From NCBI GenBank assembly GCA_024674815.1, contig GCA_024674815.1_4104.1: 64,000 bases of DNA, one strand, 5' to 3'. Numbering within the stretch: position 1 is the first letter of the stretch; every line of letters starts with the position of its first letter. Made by a program: the position numbers and the translations under genes. Of this stretch, positions 35,750-45,281 are shown one piece after another. The notes under the pieces were generated by a model. That model was not told the origin of the DNA and ran no database searches. It was given only the letters and a program-made list of their open reading frames with translations. The DNA comes from a phage.

Positions 35750-36112
35750 TTATTTCCTCATACCCAAACGTTGGTGGATTTCAGAGATCTTTATATATAA
35801 TAGTACCACAAGGTGCAGTACTAAACAACATATAATTACGGCTAATACCAATGAACATATCATAAGACCGAAGGTTATTGTATTCAAAGAGGATGTGAAC
35901 AGTCCAATTATTAATACAATAAAACCAAAATTGAATACTGTACCCAACACAGTATATGCTGGACTATATCTCTTTTGGATTACATCATATATATTTGATA
36001 ATGGTCGCTTATGGAAGTACTTCCCAATGCACACGAATGCATTCAGTGAGAAGATAAATGTATACGCCATTACTAGTAATTGACCAACGAAAGATAATTC
36101 TATCCCATTCAT
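35750..36112 (-). CDS. small membrane protein, family member (120 aa)
   Basis: start at MNGIELSF (ATG abutting upstream stop). Confidence 0.5.
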   Translation of the reverse strand: MNGIELSFVGQLLVMAYTFIFSLNAFVCIGKYFHKRPLSNIYDVIQKRYSPAYTVLGTVFNFGFIVLIIGLFTSSLNTITFGLMICSLVLAVIICCLVLHLVVLLYIKISEIHQRLGMRK

Positions 36113-36113
36113 A

Positions 36114-36482
36114 CTAACCTCGTTTACGTTTTTTAATTGTACTGTGCATCTTTTCGAAATAGGGAACCAAAACATATTGAACAGTTTGCCAGATAACCAT
36201 TAGATTATGCACTGCACCACCAAGGATACCAAACACTAGAACAATAATTGCCATAATAGGATCACCGTCTACCATACCCCATTTAAAGATATGTAAAATC
36301 CAAGCAATGACTAGACAAAATAAACTAAGCCAATACGTAATGAAAAATCCGGCTTGTAATTCATAATCATCAGCAATTTCATCGTATACCGTTTCTAAAA
36401 ATGATACACAAAAGAATTTACCAATTATAACCACAGTACTAATAAACAGCATAGCAGTTAAGATAATAAGAGCAATTTCCAT
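36114..36482 (-). CDS. small membrane protein, family member (122 aa)
   Basis: hydrophobic helices; basic C-tail KKRKRG. Confidence 0.55.
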   Translation of the reverse strand: MEIALIILTAMLFISTVVIIGKFFCVSFLETVYDEIADDYELQAGFFITYWLSLFCLVIAWILHIFKWGMVDGDPIMAIIVLVFGILGGAVHNLMVIWQTVQYVLVPYFEKMHSTIKKRKRG

Positions 36483-36796
36483 TACATCCCTCGTTTACGC
36501 TTTTGATTGCGTCTAAATTCTGATAGTCCACGGCTAATCGGCGGCATCAGACTACATAAAAAAGTAACAGTTGTTGGTAGTAACATCAAGTCAATCATTG
36601 CAGTGTTATCTGGTGGATCAAAAACCAAAAAATACACACAAGAAACACTAATAATGGTTGAACCGATAAAAGGAATACAAAATTCTTTTATCTGTTTTTC
36701 AACATAATCAAACATCTTGAGTACAAATAAAAATCCAACCCAACACATAATGAAATAGAATGAATACAACGTGTAAATCAATGTTACTATATCCAT
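36482..36796 (-). CDS. small membrane protein, family member (104 aa)
   Basis: start/stop overlap with neighbours. Confidence 0.55.
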   Translation of the reverse strand: MDIVTLIYTLYSFYFIMCWVGFLFVLKMFDYVEKQIKEFCIPFIGSTIISVSCVYFLVFDPPDNTAMIDLMLLPTTVTFLCSLMPPISRGLSEFRRNQKRKRGM

Positions 36797-37134
36797 TAGT
36801 ACCTCGCATCAGGAACTTTAGCACGTAACTTATGAACGACTGGGAACAACAACAAACTTACATATGCAATAGTTGAACCCCAATAGAATACTAATACAAT
36901 TGGTTCACCATTAGAACGGAAACCTCTACTAATCATTGAGTAGTGAATAATAGGCATAATCATCGCCATACCAAACCATGCGTGTAATTTTAATTGCAGC
37001 ATGTTATCAGCGATGAATACTGAAATTGGTCGTTTAAAGAACCACATCAGAAAGTAGAATCCAGCACTAATAATATAGTACATGGTACTAACTTTCATAT
37101 ACCACGGCAGTAAATCAATAAAGTACTCCATCAT
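36796..37134 (-). CDS. small membrane protein, family member (112 aa)
   Basis: hydrophobic helices. Confidence 0.55.
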   Translation of the reverse strand: MMEYFIDLLPWYMKVSTMYYIISAGFYFLMWFFKRPISVFIADNMLQLKLHAWFGMAMIMPIIHYSMISRGFRSNGEPIVLVFYWGSTIAYVSLLLFPVVHKLRAKVPDARY

Positions 37135-37478
37135 TCCTCCGGTATCTTATTTCGAAGTTCAATCATAACACAACAAATTTTAATGGTCAATATAAAAGTT
37201 AAACATATCATCCCAAGTGTGCCGTAAACTGCGGAAAAAGCTGGTAGTACCTTTCCTGTGAGTGTTGCTACAATACATGCAATCAATGTTGATGCAAACA
37301 ACGATTGATTAATGGCAGAATTTATAAAATCTTCACCATTACGTTTATAGAATTGTCGTTTAAAATACCATCCTAGAAACATAACTACCCAAAATGATAC
37401 ATAAGTTGTTAGAATAATCCCTGCAAGTGAATGTGCAACTGGACTACTCCTTAAAAACTCAAGATAAGCTTCAAACAT
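37131..37478 (-). CDS. small membrane protein, family member (115 aa)
   Basis: C-term RNKIPEE motif. Confidence 0.55.
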   Translation of the reverse strand: MFEAYLEFLRSSPVAHSLAGIILTTYVSFWVVMFLGWYFKRQFYKRNGEDFINSAINQSLFASTLIACIVATLTGKVLPAFSAVYGTLGMICLTFILTIKICCVMIELRNKIPEE

Positions 37479-37816
37479 TAGAAGTCTCCGCGAATTTTAT
37501 CTCTACCATGAATAATGAGATGGATTAAGTATACAACTAACCAAATGAACAACCCAAAGAATACAATATATTGTGAGATTGAGTTCAAATGAGGATTAGC
37601 ACAATAAATTAAGTGTGCCATAAGACCAACAATTGCAAACAAACCTTGAACTAGTGTGTAAAGAACTAGTGATGAATTCCTTACTGGATACAGTTTAAAA
37701 ACAATTTTCTTTTTAAAATACCACAGTACTACAACCAGTGCATGATAAAAGAAAAAACCAAACAGATAAATCAAAGTAATACTAATCATTGTATCTGAAT
37801 TAAAAAACTCAAGCAT
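37478..37816 (-). CDS. small membrane protein, family member (112 aa)
   Basis: first gene of 7-gene membrane array. Confidence 0.55.
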   Translation of the reverse strand: MLEFFNSDTMISITLIYLFGFFFYHALVVVLWYFKKKIVFKLYPVRNSSLVLYTLVQGLFAIVGLMAHLIYCANPHLNSISQYIVFFGLFIWLVVYLIHLIIHGRDKIRGDF

Positions 37817-37881
37817 ATCGTATCTCCGGTGGTGAATATTAAGTTATAGTACTACACTATGGTAGTACTGTCAATATGGAA

Positions 37882-38652
37882 TTAAATTTTCTCAAGGAAC
37901 AAGTTTTCGCACTGCTCTTCCCAATCGTATGGGTTGTTGTTATATACTGCCGAAATCAACAGTGGCATACGCAGTGAAGGTGAACGAAGAGAATCTTCGT
38001 GCTTCAACATCCAGTTCAGAATTGCTTTACTACCATTACGGTTAATACCCTTAGATTCTAAAATGTTAGTCTGATTCATCACGTTCTCAATGTGAATCAT
38101 GATATCGCTTTTGGTCTGAATCTGTAAGTCAACGTATACAGAACGAGACATAAGAGCAGCATAGTGAGCAGACATTTTCGTTTTAGCTTTAGCATCTAAT
38201 GCTAAATCTTTGTTAGTGATGAATACGATACGACCGTTAAAATCAAAGCTGTTAGGGATACCGTTAGTGGTTAAGTACTTAGAGCTAGTCATGTAAGACA
38301 CAGTACGTTTACCGCTGTCCAGTACTGCTTTGAGCAGGTTCATACCGTCTTCTGAATCAAAGATGCTGTCCATATCATCCAGTACTAATACGTTAGTGCT
38401 GTGACGATTCTTGTACAGAACTTCGTACAGAGCCAGAGTAGTCATTTTACCACTGATGGTAGCTACGTTCCATTCTGCTGCGTCATGAGCTTTCTGGAGG
38501 CGTTTAGACAGGGTGTAAGTCTTACCAACACCAGGAGCACCACTGACAACCATACTTTTTACAGTACTGCTATCGTCGAGCAAACACTCAAGAGCAACCA
38601 TCATGGAGTTGAAGTTTTTCTGGATTTGAATGCTACGTGCTTCTCTGGTCAT
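37882..38652 (-). CDS. P-loop (AAA+-like) ATPase (256 aa)
   Basis: Walker A GAPGVGKT, Walker B VLVLDDMD. Confidence 0.65.
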   Translation of the reverse strand: MTREARSIQIQKNFNSMMVALECLLDDSSTVKSMVVSGAPGVGKTYTLSKRLQKAHDAAEWNVATISGKMTTLALYEVLYKNRHSTNVLVLDDMDSIFDSEDGMNLLKAVLDSGKRTVSYMTSSKYLTTNGIPNSFDFNGRIVFITNKDLALDAKAKTKMSAHYAALMSRSVYVDLQIQTKSDIMIHIENVMNQTNILESKGINRNGSKAILNWMLKHEDSLRSPSLRMPLLISAVYNNNPYDWEEQCENLFLEKI

Positions 38653-38687
38653 TTCGTTATCCTCATCAGTTGATGAAATAATTATAG

Positions 38688-38718
38688 CAAAAAGGGCCGA
38701 CCGAAGTCAACCCTTTTC
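38688..38718 (-). terminator. UUCG-loop terminator with embedded promoter -35
   Basis: GGGUUGAC-UUCG-GUCGGCCC + U-run; TTGAC in stem, TATAAT ~18 nt downstream. Confidence 0.5.
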
Positions 38719-38721
38719 TTG

Positions 38722-39843
38722 TTATTGTTTTACACCACCCCATTTTTCATAGATGGCAATAATTTTATCTATGTTGTTTGGTGTCGTAGTTTCAGTATAC
38801 CCATCCGGCATTTCACGTTTAGTTAAAATACCTTTTCCAAACAGTTTCTTGCATTCTTTTTCAGCTTGCTTACACTGTTCTACCGTTGGGAATAGATAAA
38901 AACATATTATTTCAACATTAAATACTGATTTACTATTTTGCTGGTAAACACGTTTCCCTTTTTGTTTTTCAATACCATATTTCAATGCAACGGGTAAACC
39001 ATTGTCTGAAATATTATTAATATAAGCATATTTCTGTGAAAGCCCAGCAGCAAGTGGATGTCCCTGACCCTTAAAAAAATTACTTGGTAGAATATCAAAC
39101 TCACCAAATTCAGGATCAATAATAGTTACTTTTGTTTTGTTATTAATATAATTAACTTTACTATAATCAAAATCAACATCAGTTCTTCTTTTTTTTGCTT
39201 CTTCAATGAATTGCTCTGTTGTTTTTTTTACGGTGCCACCACGCATTGGATGTCCACTACCACTCAAAAAATTACCAGGTGTAACTTCAAACTCACCAAA
39301 TTCAGGATCAATAATAGTTATTTTTGTATGATAATTAATATAATTAACTTTACTATAATCAAAATCAACATCAGTTCTTCTTTTTTTTGCTTCTTCAATG
39401 AATTGTTCAGTTGATGATGAGCGTGATTTTTTTTGTACCATTCTACCACGTGCAAAATGATTTATACCACTCAAAAAACTATTTGGTAGAATATCAAACT
39501 CACCAAATTCAGGATCAATAATAGTTATTTTCGTTTTAGCATTAATATAATTAACTTTACTATAATCAAAATCAATATCAGTTCTTCTTTCTTTCGCTAA
39601 AGAAATAAAGTGTTCTTTGGATTGTGTAAGTTTTTTTGATATTTTTTGTCTTCCACGCATAAGATGTCCACTACCACGTAGAAAACTATCTGGTGTAATA
39701 TCAAACTCACCAAATTCAGGATCAATAATAGTTACTTTTGTTTTGTTATTAATATAATTAACTTTACTATAATCAAAATCAACATCAGTTCTTCTTTTTT
39801 TTGCTTCTTCAATGAATTGTTCAGTTGTTTTTTTAGCACACAT
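38722..39843 (-). CDS. 4x ~65-aa repeat protein with C-terminal GIY-YIG/T5orf172-like region (373 aa)
   Basis: four tandem repeats ...FDYSKVNYIN-KTK-TIIDPEFGEF...; C-term assignment tentative. Confidence 0.5.
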   Translation of the reverse strand: MCAKKTTEQFIEEAKKRRTDVDFDYSKVNYINNKTKVTIIDPEFGEFDITPDSFLRGSGHLMRGRQKISKKLTQSKEHFISLAKERRTDIDFDYSKVNYINAKTKITIIDPEFGEFDILPNSFLSGINHFARGRMVQKKSRSSSTEQFIEEAKKRRTDVDFDYSKVNYINYHTKITIIDPEFGEFEVTPGNFLSGSGHPMRGGTVKKTTEQFIEEAKKRRTDVDFDYSKVNYINNKTKVTIIDPEFGEFDILPSNFFKGQGHPLAAGLSQKYAYINNISDNGLPVALKYGIEKQKGKRVYQQNSKSVFNVEIICFYLFPTVEQCKQAEKECKKLFGKGILTKREMPDGYTETTTPNNIDKIIAIYEKWGGVKQ

Positions 39844-40072
39844 TACTTAAAACTCCTTTCCAGTACTGAACCCGTCCAGCACCATTAATCTTAGCCTGAA
39901 TCTTATCTTTTTCAACAAGACCTTCTTTGTAATCGATGGAAGTATTATCGCACTTAATTACATCCAAGTCAAGTACTTCTTGTGTACTTAATGAAGTATT
40001 GTCTGCAATTTGTTGTAAAGTAATAATATCAGTACCGAAGAATTCTGCTAAACGTATAAAAGATAGTTTCAT
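39833..40072 (-). CDS. hypothetical protein (79 aa)
   Basis: ATG ORF. Confidence 0.5.
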   Translation of the reverse strand: MKLSFIRLAEFFGTDIITLQQIADNTSLSTQEVLDLDVIKCDNTSIDYKEGLVEKDKIQAKINGAGRVQYWKGVLSNVC

Positions 40073-40105
40073 GTATTACCTCTCGTTTCGATAAAATAAT
40101 TATAG

Positions 40106-40135
40106 CAAAAAGGGCTGACCGAAGTCAACCCTTTA
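40106..40135 (-). terminator. UUCG-loop terminator/promoter element
   Basis: conserved GGGCTGACCGAAGTCAACCC. Confidence 0.5.
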
Positions 40136-40137
40136 TG

Positions 40138-40497
40138 TTATTCTAATTCACTCATAGTAGTAATAGTTAAGCCCATTTCTTCTGCAATGTTGCATAACAG
40201 ACCAACTGCATTACGAAGAATATCAGTGTTGTCCACCGAGAATGATGAGTTTTCATTTACAGTTGAAGACTCAATGTAGTACTCAAAATAACGAGAAGTT
40301 GAACGCACAACTTTAACACCTTCATACTTCTGTAGTTCATAGTTGATACGCTCGATGAGTGAATCTTCCAGTACTCGATAGTCACCATTCATTCCACGTT
40401 TCCATCCATCAGCAGGACGGAAATAAAAAGTTTTTGTACGTTGAATTGTTGAGATTGTTAGTGGGTTGTATTCCGCGATTTCACTTAAAGATGCCAT
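40138..40497 (-). CDS. hypothetical protein (119 aa)
   Basis: ATG ORF; TTGACA-17-TATTAT promoter ~40515-40550. Confidence 0.55.
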   Translation of the reverse strand: MASLSEIAEYNPLTISTIQRTKTFYFRPADGWKRGMNGDYRVLEDSLIERINYELQKYEGVKVVRSTSRYFEYYIESSTVNENSSFSVDNTDILRNAVGLLCNIAEEMGLTITTMSELE

Positions 40498-40603
40498 GTT
40501 GTATTCCTCATTTGGTGATGTACATAATACAGAAAGATAGAACAGGTGTCAATGTTTATATCTCAAATATCCAAATACTTTGGTGTAGCACATACTACAT
40601 CAA

Positions 40604-40798
40604 CTAATCCTCGCTGAAGACAACAATAAGGAATGACACGAACAATGCCGCATAACAAGGAGCTATCTTCATGTACCACGGTACTTCATAATACCATGTA
40701 CCCAATTCATCCCACGAAAAGAGTATACTCAAACCGAAGCCGATTAGCGATAGTACAATAAAAGAAATCCAGAAACGCTTTGAATATACTAATAACAT
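40604..40798 (-). CDS. small membrane protein (64 aa)
   Basis: two hydrophobic segments. Confidence 0.45.
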   Translation of the reverse strand: MLLVYSKRFWISFIVLSLIGFGLSILFSWDELGTWYYEVPWYMKIAPCYAALFVSFLIVVFSED

Positions 40799-40836
40799 GT
40801 TATGTTCCTTTGTGTAACCGAAGTCAATCCTTTCCT

Positions 40837-41352
40837 TTAATAATTATTCATTTCATCTTTGATTTGTTCTTCAATTTCGTCGAACATATCAGTACTAGAT
40901 TCGTTCTTACTACTTACGTTCTGCATATCTTTAACGTACTGTGGACATTCAACATCAGTAAACTTATACCACGTAGGCTTCATCTGGAGCTTCTCAATCA
41001 AACGATCACGAGACATTTTAATCTCTGACTCCGATGGTACATAGTCATTACAAAACTCAGCAGGGAAGCCGCTAATGTCGTTTACTTCAGTGTTTTGAAT
41101 CTTCATACCACGACGCAGACATTCGTTGACAATATCAATATGACGCTTCTGTAAGTACAGTAACTTGTCGTAGAAAAATGTTACATGACCTGAACCTAAC
41201 AGATAAGTACTGTTAATTTTGAAATCACGTACACGCTTACGTGCTTGAACGTGTTTTTGTACAGCACCAAATACACGTGGGAGTTCACGATATTCAGCCA
41301 TCAGATGTTGGTCAGCAAGTTCTTTAACGTGTACTAAGTTAATGCGTGTCAT
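40837..41352 (-). CDS. denV: endonuclease V, pyrimidine-dimer DNA glycosylase (T4 DenV homolog) with C-terminal extension
   Basis: N-terminal ~130 aa recalled as near-colinear with T4 DenV (MTRINL...[21 protein letters not shown]...). Confidence 0.8.
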   Translation of the reverse strand: MTRINLVHVKELADQHLMAEYRELPRVFGAVQKHVQARKRVRDFKINSTYLLGSGHVTFFYDKLLYLQKRHIDIVNECLRRGMKIQNTEVNDISGFPAEFCNDYVPSESEIKMSRDRLIEKLQMKPTWYKFTDVECPQYVKDMQNVSSKNESSTDMFDEIEEQIKDEMNNY

Positions 41353-41387
41353 GTATTCATCCTCTCGTTTCGATGAAATGATTATAG

Positions 41388-41420
41388 CAAAAAGGGCCGA
41401 CTGAAGTCAACCCTTTTTTT
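41388..41420 (-). terminator. UUCG-like terminator/promoter element
   Basis: conserved hairpin; TTGACT-18-TATAAT upstream of denV. Confidence 0.5.
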
Positions 41421-41506
41421 CTTTCAATCAAACATAGTCTACCAGAATGTACCATGCGATGGTGATTAGAACAAAGAATCATACACTTCTTCATTGTTTA
41501 ATCCAT

Positions 41507-41776
41507 TTATTCAACAATCCCCAACTTCACAATCTCATACCCGTCCAGATAGCCGTAGGAACACTCAGGTGTTTCATAAGATGAACCATCATAGATGCCC
41601 TGGCATTGGCTTTTGGAATTCTCAAGCAATCGTTGCAGTACTGATACGTCATCAAGAACGTAATACAAGTTAGCATATAGGTCCGTTACAATACAGTACT
41701 CCAACATGTCAAATGTATCAATCGAAATTTCAACCTTAGCAAATCGTTTCTTTTCTTTATTATACAGTGCGTACAT
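41507..41776 (-). CDS. hypothetical protein (89 aa)
   Basis: internal ATG abutting upstream stop; longer track ORF overlaps neighbour. Confidence 0.4.
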   Translation of the reverse strand: MYALYNKEKKRFAKVEISIDTFDMLEYCIVTDLYANLYYVLDDVSVLQRLLENSKSQCQGIYDGSSYETPECSYGYLDGYEIVKLGIVE

Positions 41777-41777
41777 A

Positions 41778-42149
41778 TTAATCTCCATAATCAAGTTTAA
41801 CCAACTTACCACACAGATACCCAAAGTTTTCTGGCTTCGCATCTGAATAGAAGAAGTCAGTACTTAACTCTGAATTCAATGCTAAAGCACACAACTCCAC
41901 CCAAAATAAACCCCTATGTTGTACTGGATTACAACGTTTCTGTACAGTTACTAGTCCAGTACATGATGACCACAAAGTAGGACAGATACCACTACCACTA
42001 CGCTTGGAGTACTGCATCCACGAACGTTCATTGAGGTTAGCTATCATTCCTGTCAAGAATAACTTCCAGCTTTTGAAGGTTGGAATCTTGATAGCATAAT
42101 CCCCAATAAGGATAACAGTTCGTGTTGCACCTTTCAAATCTATATTCAT
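41778..42149 (-). CDS. hypothetical protein (123 aa)
   Basis: first ATG; track start is GTG. Confidence 0.4.
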   Translation of the reverse strand: MNIDLKGATRTVILIGDYAIKIPTFKSWKLFLTGMIANLNERSWMQYSKRSGSGICPTLWSSCTGLVTVQKRCNPVQHRGLFWVELCALALNSELSTDFFYSDAKPENFGYLCGKLVKLDYGD

Positions 42150-42157
42150 ATTTTTAA

Positions 42158-42409
42158 TTAGAAGAACACAAACCAAGTCCAGAATAAATTCCACACTACA
42201 AATAAAGACATAGTGGTTTTATGTACAATATCAGCAGTACTGGTCCATCCTCCACCGTGTCCTATTCCATTTATGAATAGAACTAAGAACAAGATACCAT
42301 TTACTACAATAGTACATAGTAAGTACACAAACACATTCCATGCAAGTTCAGGAGATACTAACGTAAATGGTAAAACAATTAGTAGTATTAGAACTAATAA
42401 AATTTTCAT
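42158..42409 (-). CDS. small membrane protein (83 aa)
   Basis: two hydrophobic helices. Confidence 0.5.
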   Translation of the reverse strand: MKILLVLILLIVLPFTLVSPELAWNVFVYLLCTIVVNGILFLVLFINGIGHGGGWTSTADIVHKTTMSLFVVWNLFWTWFVFF

Positions 42410-42625
42410 TTATCGCCTCACTTAATTAACGTGACAATTAGTACGAATCAGATTCCCAGTACTCGATTGCTTCTTTCAGCAATTCTTTAGCACGTTGTTT
42501 TGCAATGCGAGCGGGTAACAGATATGTGTACATTAACTGACGCTTCACTTCATTCAGTGAAAGCTGTTCATGGTACAGTGCATCCATCAGTCGATTACGA
42601 GTACGTAGTTTCATATAAGTTATCC

Positions 42626-43180
42626 TTATTTCAAAGAATCATAGTAAGCAGTGTCAAAGATTGGAGTCATAATAACATAGTCAATACGGTCAATGTAAGT
42701 TGAACTCCACATTTCTGGTTTGTCATAAAATTGACGCTCGCGTTCATTCATACGAGTCAGTACTTCTTCCAATTTACTACGTGAAGCCATCAATGTATTA
42801 CGCGATCCATAAGTGAAGTACTCAGTCCATTGATATTCATATTCAGTACTGATAGATTGAATAGTACCATCTTTGAAATGAGCTAATGCATAACCTTTCT
42901 CTACAAAGTTATCAGGTGGAAGAACACCATCTGGATTAGTTTTCAATGCTTTTTCTAACTTTTCTTTAATTTCAGTTAACGTGCATACTGAACGAATGTT
43001 CTTCAGGTTTGATACTTGAAAATCACTGTACTTTCCAAAGAAAAATACACGCCAATCTTTAGGTTCATTATCAGATACGGTAACATCAGGATGATGGGCG
43101 AGTAAACGAAGAAGGCCAGCTTTGTGACCGTTAATGTAGATTTCATGGATGTGGTTAGCAGTTTTCTTAAAAGTAATCAT
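42626..43180 (-). CDS. hypothetical protein (184 aa)
   Basis: ATG ORF. Confidence 0.6.
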   Translation of the reverse strand: MITFKKTANHIHEIYINGHKAGLLRLLAHHPDVTVSDNEPKDWRVFFFGKYSDFQVSNLKNIRSVCTLTEIKEKLEKALKTNPDGVLPPDNFVEKGYALAHFKDGTIQSISTEYEYQWTEYFTYGSRNTLMASRSKLEEVLTRMNERERQFYDKPEMWSSTYIDRIDYVIMTPIFDTAYYDSLK

Positions 43181-43256
43181 GGTAGTTCCTCGATTGTAGG
43201 GATGAGAAGTTCATCCCCTTGATAAGCATTATACAGTACTGAATGTGTTTGTCAAC

Positions 43257-43637
43257 TCAAAATAAATTCATTTCATGTGCGTATTGTGGTTCAAGATAAG
43301 ATAAGTTTTTGAAACTGTCTTTCAATTCCGCATCATCTACGTACACAGTACCAGGTACATTCCCCATAGTGAAGCCAACCCAAACAGTCATGTTTCCAGT
43401 TCCTAAGCGGGGCATTGATAGCGTCCCGTCAGGTGAAACATCAAACGCTACACTAAAGTCATCCGTTACAACTTCCGACCCATTTTCCAGAATAATACAA
43501 CCACGTTCTTTAAGCTTCTGAATGTGGATAGCAGCCTCTACAGCACGTTTAAAGTTATAATAAGACTCTTTATCCTCGAACATTGATTGTTTAACCAGAC
43601 GCTTGTTTAGCTCGGTTACTTTGTGCATTTGACGCAT
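43257..43637 (-). CDS. hypothetical protein (126 aa)
   Basis: ATG overlapping upstream stop; track start is GTG. Confidence 0.5.
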   Translation of the reverse strand: MRQMHKVTELNKRLVKQSMFEDKESYYNFKRAVEAAIHIQKLKERGCIILENGSEVVTDDFSVAFDVSPDGTLSMPRLGTGNMTVWVGFTMGNVPGTVYVDDAELKDSFKNLSYLEPQYAHEMNLF

Positions 43638-43891
43638 TACTTCAACTCCCACAGTTGTAGAATTTCATAAGAGCCTGGTGGTGCTGGATTGATAATCTCA
43701 GGGTATTCAGTACTGTTAGGATTACCACCAGCATTGAACTCAGCAAGTAATAATTCGAGTTCATTCCTATCATGTACAACAAACACGCAATATCCAGTTC
43801 CTTCTTCAAGAACTGTAGTTGACCCCGCACAATCCCATACGGTATCAATACATAATAATTCTTTAGTGTTTTTATTACGCAACGCAAACAT
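43637..43891 (-). CDS. hypothetical protein (84 aa)
   Basis: ATG ORF. Confidence 0.45.
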   Translation of the reverse strand: MFALRNKNTKELLCIDTVWDCAGSTTVLEEGTGYCVFVVHDRNELELLLAEFNAGGNPNSTEYPEIINPAPPGSYEILQLWELK

Positions 43892-43900
43892 ATATGTCTC

Positions 43901-44245
43901 CTATCGATTCGGCATATTCTTTCGTAGTCGCAAGAGAAATTCAACCACTGACCATGTTGTAATGAAGGCTATATAAGTTGCAAGGAATCCAGTAAGAATA
44001 AATGCAACCAGCGTACTACCATTTGGGGAATCAGTTTTAATGCCGATGACACCATCGGCTACAGTGAAACATGTAGCCATTAATGTGTAACCTACGTACA
44101 ACACAAAGAAAAACTCATTCTCCATTGAAGGATAGAAACGGTTAAACACTTTATAAAATTTAAAGTACAGTAGGATTATACCAACAAAGGCATAGAATGT
44201 AAACAGTGTTGTTATAATATATGAGATTAGGTTCAAATTATACAT
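43901..44245 (-). CDS. small membrane protein, family member (114 aa)
   Basis: C-term LRKNMPNR; same family as 35377-37816 array. Confidence 0.5.
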   Translation of the reverse strand: MYNLNLISYIITTLFTFYAFVGIILLYFKFYKVFNRFYPSMENEFFFVLYVGYTLMATCFTVADGVIGIKTDSPNGSTLVAFILTGFLATYIAFITTWSVVEFLLRLRKNMPNR

Positions 44246-44246
44246 A

Positions 44247-44588
44247 TCAACGCTCCGGTAGATTATCACGTAATGTTTTAATTCGATGATACATTTTCAT
44301 ACCAATATTACCAAAGATACCATATCCAAGTACTAAAATGTATGCAATAAGCATAGTAATAATTACTATAGTGCCAAAACTATAATGTACACTACTGATA
44401 CCCATTGTAGTTTCAACGATTATTTGAGAAACTGAAAGAATCAAAAGTACAACTACAATTGGATGATTTGGGTACATTCGGTTGAACAACGTTTTGTACT
44501 TAAAGAAGCACAGTACTCCACCGAATAAGAAGTACACAATGTAAATGCAAGCAACAGCATAGGCAAACATGTTAGTGTAATAAATCAT
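44247..44588 (-). CDS. small membrane protein, family member (113 aa)
   Basis: C-term LRDNLPER. Confidence 0.5.
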   Translation of the reverse strand: MIYYTNMFAYAVACIYIVYFLFGGVLCFFKYKTLFNRMYPNHPIVVVLLILSVSQIIVETTMGISSVHYSFGTIVIITMLIAYILVLGYGIFGNIGMKMYHRIKTLRDNLPER

Positions 44589-44597
44589 TACCAATCC

Positions 44598-44936
44598 TTA
44601 CTTTTCAGGGATATTAGAACGCCATATATCAATGCGATGAACTAGTCCAAAGAACAACCATACTGGAACGGCAGCTATCATAACAACAAATGAAAACCCA
44701 GTCAACACCGATACCAGATTTAATTCATCAGTACTATACCCACATATCAGTACTTCTAATATTCCCCACGTACATGCACAAAACATCAAGAATGAAATTG
44801 GGGCATCATAGTAGATACGTTCATATAAAGTAGTATATCGGAAGAATGCAATAATATAGCAAAACATATAATACACCCAAACCAAAGATACTACATAAAA
44901 TGATACTTTGTTTATTAATTCAAAATATTGTTCCAT
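44598..44936 (-). CDS. small membrane protein, family member (112 aa)
   Basis: C-term WRSNIPEK. Confidence 0.55.
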   Translation of the reverse strand: MEQYFELINKVSFYVVSLVWVYYMFCYIIAFFRYTTLYERIYYDAPISFLMFCACTWGILEVLICGYSTDELNLVSVLTGFSFVVMIAAVPVWLFFGLVHRIDIWRSNIPEK

Positions 44937-44938
44937 TT

Positions 44939-45220
44939 TTACCCCAATATATATTCAGAGAGTAATGTATTAGCTTCATCTTTGTTCTTAAGGTAATACA
45001 TGTAATATAGATTCGGTTCACCATCTTTAGTACTCAAATCAAAGTACTTTAAACTATGTACTTTCATAGTAAAAACAAATAATGACTTAAAACCAATCTC
45101 ACCGTACTTAATAAACAGTTCATCCAAATGAATGTAACTTTTTGATTTGGATAATTCTTTAACGTCTGCATCAATTTCAGATAAAAGATGCTTACCTATT
45201 AAGTTTTCAAATGAACGCAT
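44939..45220 (-). CDS. hypothetical protein (93 aa)
   Basis: ATG ORF. Confidence 0.5.
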   Translation of the reverse strand: MRSFENLIGKHLLSEIDADVKELSKSKSYIHLDELFIKYGEIGFKSLFVFTMKVHSLKYFDLSTKDGEPNLYYMYYLKNKDEANTLLSEYILG

Positions 45221-45281
45221 GATTTTATCCTTTACCGCAATTTTTATGGTTTATTAAGAATACACCAGAACATCAGTTCTG

